Below are positions 12,801 to 18,533 of a stretch of 18,533 nt of DNA, one piece after another. Each line of letters opens with the position of its first letter. The stretch's first letter is position 1. The notes beneath the pieces are model-generated. The model was not told the origin of the DNA. It searched no databases and was given only the letters and a program-made list of their open reading frames with translations. This DNA is from Azolla caroliniana. Lineage: Eukaryota > Plantae > Polypodiophyta. The translations under genes and the position numbers were made by a program. The stretch spans positions 1 through 18,533 of the forward strand of contig JBHGNT010000646.1 in NCBI GenBank assembly GCA_043228905.1, given 5' to 3'.

Positions 12801-13193
12801 GAAGGTAATGTAAAATTATTAAATATTCAGGGTTTTGTCGAACAAGTCATTTTTTTTTATAATTTACAACAGCTCAAAAATTGATTGACGACTTTGTAAT
12901 TTTGGGAAATTGTATAATATTCCAAAGACTTACGCTTTTTATTTTTTTGGCTTATATATGTTTTGAGTCTTTTAAAATACCCATAAACCATTTTGTGTGC
13001 CTTTAGTGTCTGTCTGTCGCCGTTTAACCGAGCTTAATTTATAGCACACATGGAAAAAATTAAAGTAATTTAATAGTAACAATAATGTGGCCCCAAAATT
13101 AAAAAATAAGAACGGTTAAATAATTATACGAAGTACCTTTTTTCCAATCTAAATAATTGTATCCTAACATATTACTCTTCGACCTCTGGCCCT

Positions 13194-13232
13194 CAATTAT
13201 TTTTAAAATACAGTTTGGACAACCCAACAATT
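13194..13232 (+). repeat. 39-bp dispersed direct repeat, copy 1
   Basis: CAATTATTTTTAAAATACAGTTTGGACAACCCAACAATT, 34/39 identical to 13847-13885. Confidence 0.65.
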
Positions 13233-13846
13233 TTTTCGAAGAGGTGATGATTTTATTGGTCAATTCTAGGTAATTAATATAAATTAATCAAAACTAATTC
13301 TCATTTCGAAATTCGTTCGTTCAACGACCATTAACATATTTCTTTTGTCCGGAGGGAAAATGGGAAATTCCGATATTGGTTTATAGAAGCGTGTTAAGTG
13401 GCTTGTTTGTCCGTATTTGTATTTATGTTTGTGGTTAGCTTCGGACTAAATACCTAATCTATTGTGTGGAAATTGTACAATACGGATAATCAAGATTATA
13501 TTGTACTACGCGGCATATTTGCAGATTGAGTTATCAAATAGTGCTGAGGATAAAACATACATACTAATGTACAAATATAAAATCTAAAACCCCAGAAGTC
13601 TCACGTTTATAAAACATCCCAAAATGCATTTCATGTTTTGTGGTTAATAACTTTTAGCTCTAGAAGAAATTTTTAAATTTAATTTCTGATTTTCCAGTGA
13701 AATCGACGAGGGGTTAAACATTAAATGATGTTCTCCACAAAATTCAATAATGGTGACAGTTAAACAATTATATCAAGCATATTTTTTTATATAAGTATCC
13801 ATTTTATCTTTCTTCCACTTAAAATAAATGTGAACCACAAACCTCA

Positions 13847-13885
13847 CAATTATTTTAAAAATATAGGGTGGACAACTCAACAATT
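13847..13885 (+). repeat. 39-bp dispersed direct repeat, copy 2
   Basis: CAATTATTTTAAAAATATAGGGTGGACAACTCAACAATT, 34/39 identical to 13194-13232. Confidence 0.65.
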
Positions 13886-16800
13886 CATTTTTTCTTTCAC
13901 TCTTAAATCGATATATGAAAATCATCCCATGGGAGTACAGAAAATTCATTTCATTACAACAAGATTAATACGCTTCTAGGATATATAAACAATAGAAAGC
14001 ATATATATTTGGTGGACCAATAAAGAAAACATATTTGTAAGTAAAATTAAAGGTTAAATAACACCTTTTAGTGGTAACCGGTAGAAGAAAACGATAATGA
14101 GCTACTTGTCCCGAAAACATCTGTAACACCGTGTGGTTGTAATGGTTGGTGCTTGGCGAGGGAGATAAAGAGGTAATTTTTACTTGACTATCACTAGAGG
14201 CGAAACCAGTCATCTTAATGCTTAGCTTAACTTTTTTTTTTGTTAATAAGCATATATTGTTTAGGATGTGTATATTAAATATTTATAAAACTACATTCCT
14301 AATAATTTAAATATTAAACATATTTATGGCTAAAGCTTTGCAATTAGCCATTTTTATAATAAACGCAAAAATACTAAACATTTTATAAAGTCTGTGTAAT
14401 AGGTTAATACAAGTATTTGTTTATGATTAAAAATCATATTTTTTTAATTATAACTATTTAAAGGTCTAATAAGTTATATAAACTTGCTTTAATATTCTAA
14501 GATTTATTAAAAAACGTTATAGTGGAATTTTTCAAAACAAACTATGGTGTACCCCATACCCCAAGAGCTTAAGACCTGAGAGAAGAAAAACAAAAAACAG
14601 CAAAGCTTGAATCATATTTGTAATAAATGCTTACTTTATATTTTATTTAATAATAACATTAACATCATTAAAAATGTTAAAATTAGGTACCTATATTTTA
14701 AAACATTTATTTTCTAAAATACATACTGATTGTATCATTAAATAATCTTTAAAAATAAAAAGATCAACTAAAAAATATCAACTAATGATTACAAGTTTAC
14801 ATAACCTTACTGGATTCTAAAACTTTAAATTTAAAAAAATATATGAATTAATATCGTTTAATTATTGAGTGTAAGCATTTTCAAGGCTGGGTATACTACA
14901 TGATATTTCTATTCCCTTTATAACCACTATATGGGTGGTCTCTTTGATATGCCTAGACGAAAAGTTATTAATATTTTGTGATAATTAATACCTGTCAGTA
15001 AGGCAATTTGTATTGTAACTATAGTATTATTTTGGTTTATAAATGTCATTTACTTGGATAAATATGAATGAAATTTAATATTTTATTGTTATTAGGCATA
15101 CGTTTAAAAAAATGCTTATTTAGTATTAAGGTAATAACTTAAACCACCAGGAATTCCGAATATTCATATATAGACATTGAATAATAATCTTAATTATATT
15201 TTTTTAACCTTAGCTTAGCTTTTTAACATTATCCTTGTTAATGATATAATCTAATATAGTTGCTGATGATTAATGGAACCATTGTTGATCGTTTGTTTTG
15301 ATGCTATACAAACTATTTAAAATCATTATTATTATTCAAATATTTTTTAAGCAGTAACGACTTAATTATATTTTGATTACTTAAAATAAATTAAATTTTA
15401 AAGCTTACTGAAAACATATTCTTGTTACACTATTTACTGATAAGTATGACACTAACACGTTTATTTATGTACTGAAATACCACCCATAAATACCCACGTA
15501 GTCCCTATATTAAATTAGATTAGAACTAATTTGTAATTTAAAATACTGGTGATGAACTAAAGACAAAAGATAAATCATCAGTTAAGTATGTATATCGGCT
15601 TTGTCCATTTAATAGGATAATAATGTTATAATAATGAACTAATTTGTTGGGTTGGTTTGAAATGTTAATAAAACAAAATTATTAAACTCACAATATTTTG
15701 AAATAACATTAAATGATAAAGAAATAACTTTAAAAAGTATCCAGAACTCATTTAACATAATATATTCGTTCACAACTTTACTTACAACTTTCAAATAGAC
15801 TTACAAAATGTTACGTTTATTGTCTATTATTAATTAAAGGACGGTAATTATAACACAAAAATATTAAAAAAGGCAAACAATTATGGTATGAGAAATATCT
15901 TTGTTGTAAAGATACATTTTTTTAAAATGGCTAAAAATAATATTTAAATATAATTAGGCGCACCTTAATAAAAAATTTAATTAAAAAAAAATTCCCCAAA
16001 GGGACTTAAATTTATTACATATAAAAACCTGTTTATATTTATTACTTTCATTTATAAAGATTACTTGTAATTGTAAAAGTTTTAAAATTGGTGTGGATAC
16101 CCAAAAAGTAATTTCAGAGTTAACATAAATAAACAAATGTGCTCATTTCGTGCGACGGTAAAATATTTTTCGCATTTCCTTTGCAAATGAGATTACCCAA
16201 CGATGTTTTTTATTGTTTTACTTTCCTGCGAAAAAAGAAGTAAAATAAGGATGCAAAAATAAATACTATTTCATGAACGACGTTTTTTCGTTCTTCTTTA
16301 AACCAGTCATTTCTAACTAATATTCATAATTTCATAAATATTTAGAGCATGATTAAAAAATTAATTAGAAAAGAATGACAAAATATATACCTTACACAGT
16401 TTGGTTGCAAGATGGAGAGAGAGCACACACCACGAAGATTTTTTATTTTAGTAGTGTTATGGTTTTACATCAACAACATAATTTTTCCTTTCCTTGCATG
16501 GATTAGTTACACATATAAATTAAATATCTGTTTGTCAATCTTTGACCGAGCTTTTGCTTTAACAAAGCGTCCTGAAGTGTCATTTATTCTGACAAAATAT
16601 ATTAACTTTAGAGTATAGAAGTGGTCCCATTTTTAATTAGGCTCAGACGGCGCAACTACAATTGTATTTATAAATGGATAATTCAATCAATCGAAACAAA
16701 CTTACTTTATTTCCTTGTGGACCTTTTTTTAAAAAAAAAATATTATTAATCTTTTAAAAATGTTAGGCAAGTCAACAAAATCGCCAGAAAACTTAACCAA

Positions 16801-18074
16801 AGGCAAGTATAGTATATATCATTGCTTTTTGATAGAAACATCATTTTTATTGATATTGAATATTCTGAGCATTTGATACTATATTGAGAACTATTTATGG
16901 TAGTACTTTTGCAACTGTGGAAGCTAGTATACTTTTTTATGAATAAAATGTACTATATGTTGTATTTAGGACTAAATAACAAATGGTTTCAAATCTTTCA
17001 CAGAAAATCGTTCAGTTAATCGATTAAATGCAAAAACGTTTCATTGGTTTTTTAATAATATATTTTTTTAAGTCTTGTGGTCACCTAGTTTTCTGAGAAG
17101 ACAAAAAATAATGTATTCTAATATATTTGGTTGTATTTTATAAATAATGGTGTTCAACCAGAGACTTTTAGGGCTTATTAGTTTTTGTATATATTCTCAA
17201 CTTAAGTAAAGCTATACAAATATTTTTGTAATTTTTACATAGAATTATTTAAATTGGGATATTGTACAAATCGTCTAGAAATATTGGACAATTTTTTTCC
17301 CGTAGGGCCAGAAAAATAATCTTAGCATTAATTTTTTACGATTTTTTATGAAACTGAACTTAACATTAAACATTAAATTTGGCCACAAAAGAATATATCC
17401 TTACAAAGTATATAGAGCTCTTTAAATAAACCGTTGTTTTAATTGAATCTTCCATTATATTTGCCTCTATACACTACTCATAAAACCAAAAGAGAAACAA
17501 CAAAACGAACAGTTACTTTGCAACACAATGTATTTTACTGCATTTAAACTAGCGCGAAAATCATAAATAAAATCATCATAATGTTCACGGAACTTTATTT
17601 CGCTTTCGTACAGGTAGGTATTGACTCGCCATACTAAATCCGACACCCGAATGAGTCTCTGAGACCATAAACACTCGATCTTTGCATCCGGTTCGCGATA
17701 ATGCACGTTTGGACGCAAAAGAGACGACAGCTCAAGTTCCCCGCTATCGATTTACAAAACATGTCGAGTTTGTTTTGTATAATAAATTACGCGAAATATT
17801 AAACTAAACGGAAAAGTTTTCGCGTCGAGGTTTCCAAATTGCTTCATTTAGTAATATTAGCTTAAGTTGTCTCGGTAATAGGTAAATATGGATAAGACAT
17901 TGTTTTATGGGAGCGATAATTGGGTTCTTACCAACTATATAGAATTTAAATAACTTGGATAAAAACATCTTAACTAACATTTAAACCAAATAAATTTGTT
18001 TATACCACTTTCAATTAAAAAAAAAAAGAATAAAATATATCTACAGTTTGGTAAAAAACCAAACCTATATTTAA

Positions 18075-18161
18075 GAGATTTTATCCTAACGACATCTTAT
18101 CAACGGTTTCGAACTATATCAGTTCTCATAAGGGAAGCCAGTCGAAGGATGAATATTTCTC
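18075..18161 (-). ncRNA. Degenerate hammerhead ribozyme (likely inactive)
   Basis: Minus strand reads CTTATGA GAAC TGATATA GTTC GAAA CCG TTG ATAAG. G5 is changed to U and the cleavage triplet is UUG. Helix II and distal helix I (CGAC/GTCG, ATCCT/AGGAT) are intact. Confidence 0.75.
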
Positions 18162-18413
18162 AAATGTTCCTATGCTTAACCAATATTTGTTGGTGTTTAA
18201 AATTGGTCTAACGCGCCATCTACCATTAACGGAAAAAATGAAGGCGAGACAGAGACATCTAGCGACAGTTCTAAAGTCGGACGAAATGTGTCACTGACCG
18301 AGATTTTATCCGAGAAGTGTTGAAAACACGGGGAATGTTGCGCTTCATACCTGAGCGGAAACATTAAAAATCTACATTTTGTTAGAAAACCAAACCAATA
18401 TTTGAAAGATTTC

Positions 18414-18481
18414 ATCCTAACGACATCTTACTACCGGCTTCGAACTATGTCAGTTCTCATCAGGCAAGCTAGTCGAAGGAT
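18414..18481 (-). ncRNA. Type I hammerhead ribozyme with one core substitution (A15.1G) and the best-preserved proximal helix I
   Basis: Minus strand: ATCCT T CGAC TAG CTTGC CTGATGA GAAC TGACATA GTTC GAAG CCG GTA GTAAG AT GTCG TT AGGAT. Helix I segments CTTGC/GTAAG, CGAC/GTCG and ATCCT/AGGAT all pair. The predicted cut lies between 18432 and 18431. Confidence 0.82.
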
Positions 18482-18533
18482 TCACCCTCTCATATTTTAG
18501 CGATATTCTGTCGTTATGAAGTTCAATTTTCTT

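Larger units (their letters stand above)
18039..18481 (-). mobile_element. Tandem 1.3-mer of the hammerhead repeat (HHR-monomer-HHR, period 331 bp)
   Basis: TCTACA... at 18040 recurs at 18371. The second unit ends at GAAGGAT (18481), within the 5' arm of the hammerhead helix I. Homologous to 2314-2960. Confidence 0.82.

Noticed and set aside
14183-14211. Hammerhead-like tail CGAAACCAGTC
   Set aside because: No CUGANGA box upstream and no helix II.
337-18415. All 15 ORFs in the supplied track as protein-coding genes
   Set aside because: They are short (60-83 aa), mostly F/L/I/K/Y-rich as expected from AT-rich DNA, and show no recognisable domains. Those at 2758-2970, 17996-18211 and 18197-18415 lie in the repeat and their frames are not kept intact across copies.
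18039-18481. TRIM/LTR element interpretation of the A-B-A structure
   Set aside because: No TG...CA termini, primer-binding site or 4-6 bp TSD seen; the direct repeats are the hammerhead-bearing part of a tandem unit.

Overview
AT-rich (roughly 70-75% by eye) non-coding eukaryotic DNA. CpG is not visibly depleted, so it is probably an invertebrate/insect intron or intergenic region (inference). None of the listed ORFs looks like a real protein. The main signal is a ~331-340 bp repeat family at two loci: 2314-2960 (two copies diverging head-to-head) and 18039-18481 (a 1.3-mer tandem). Each unit carries one type I hammerhead ribozyme: CUGAUGA core, GAAC/GUUC helix II, GAAA, a minimal palindromic helix III (ACCGGU), a GUA cleavage triplet and a long bulged helix I. 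This matches the architecture of non-LTR retrozymes / Penelope-like-element-associated hammerhead repeats. Of the four hammerheads, one (2661-2745, +) has an intact catalytic core, one has a single core change and two are clearly dead. Minor signals: CTCF-like motifs, a GC-elevated island with a 123-codon stop-free frame, a candidate recursive splice site and a 39-bp dispersed direct repeat.
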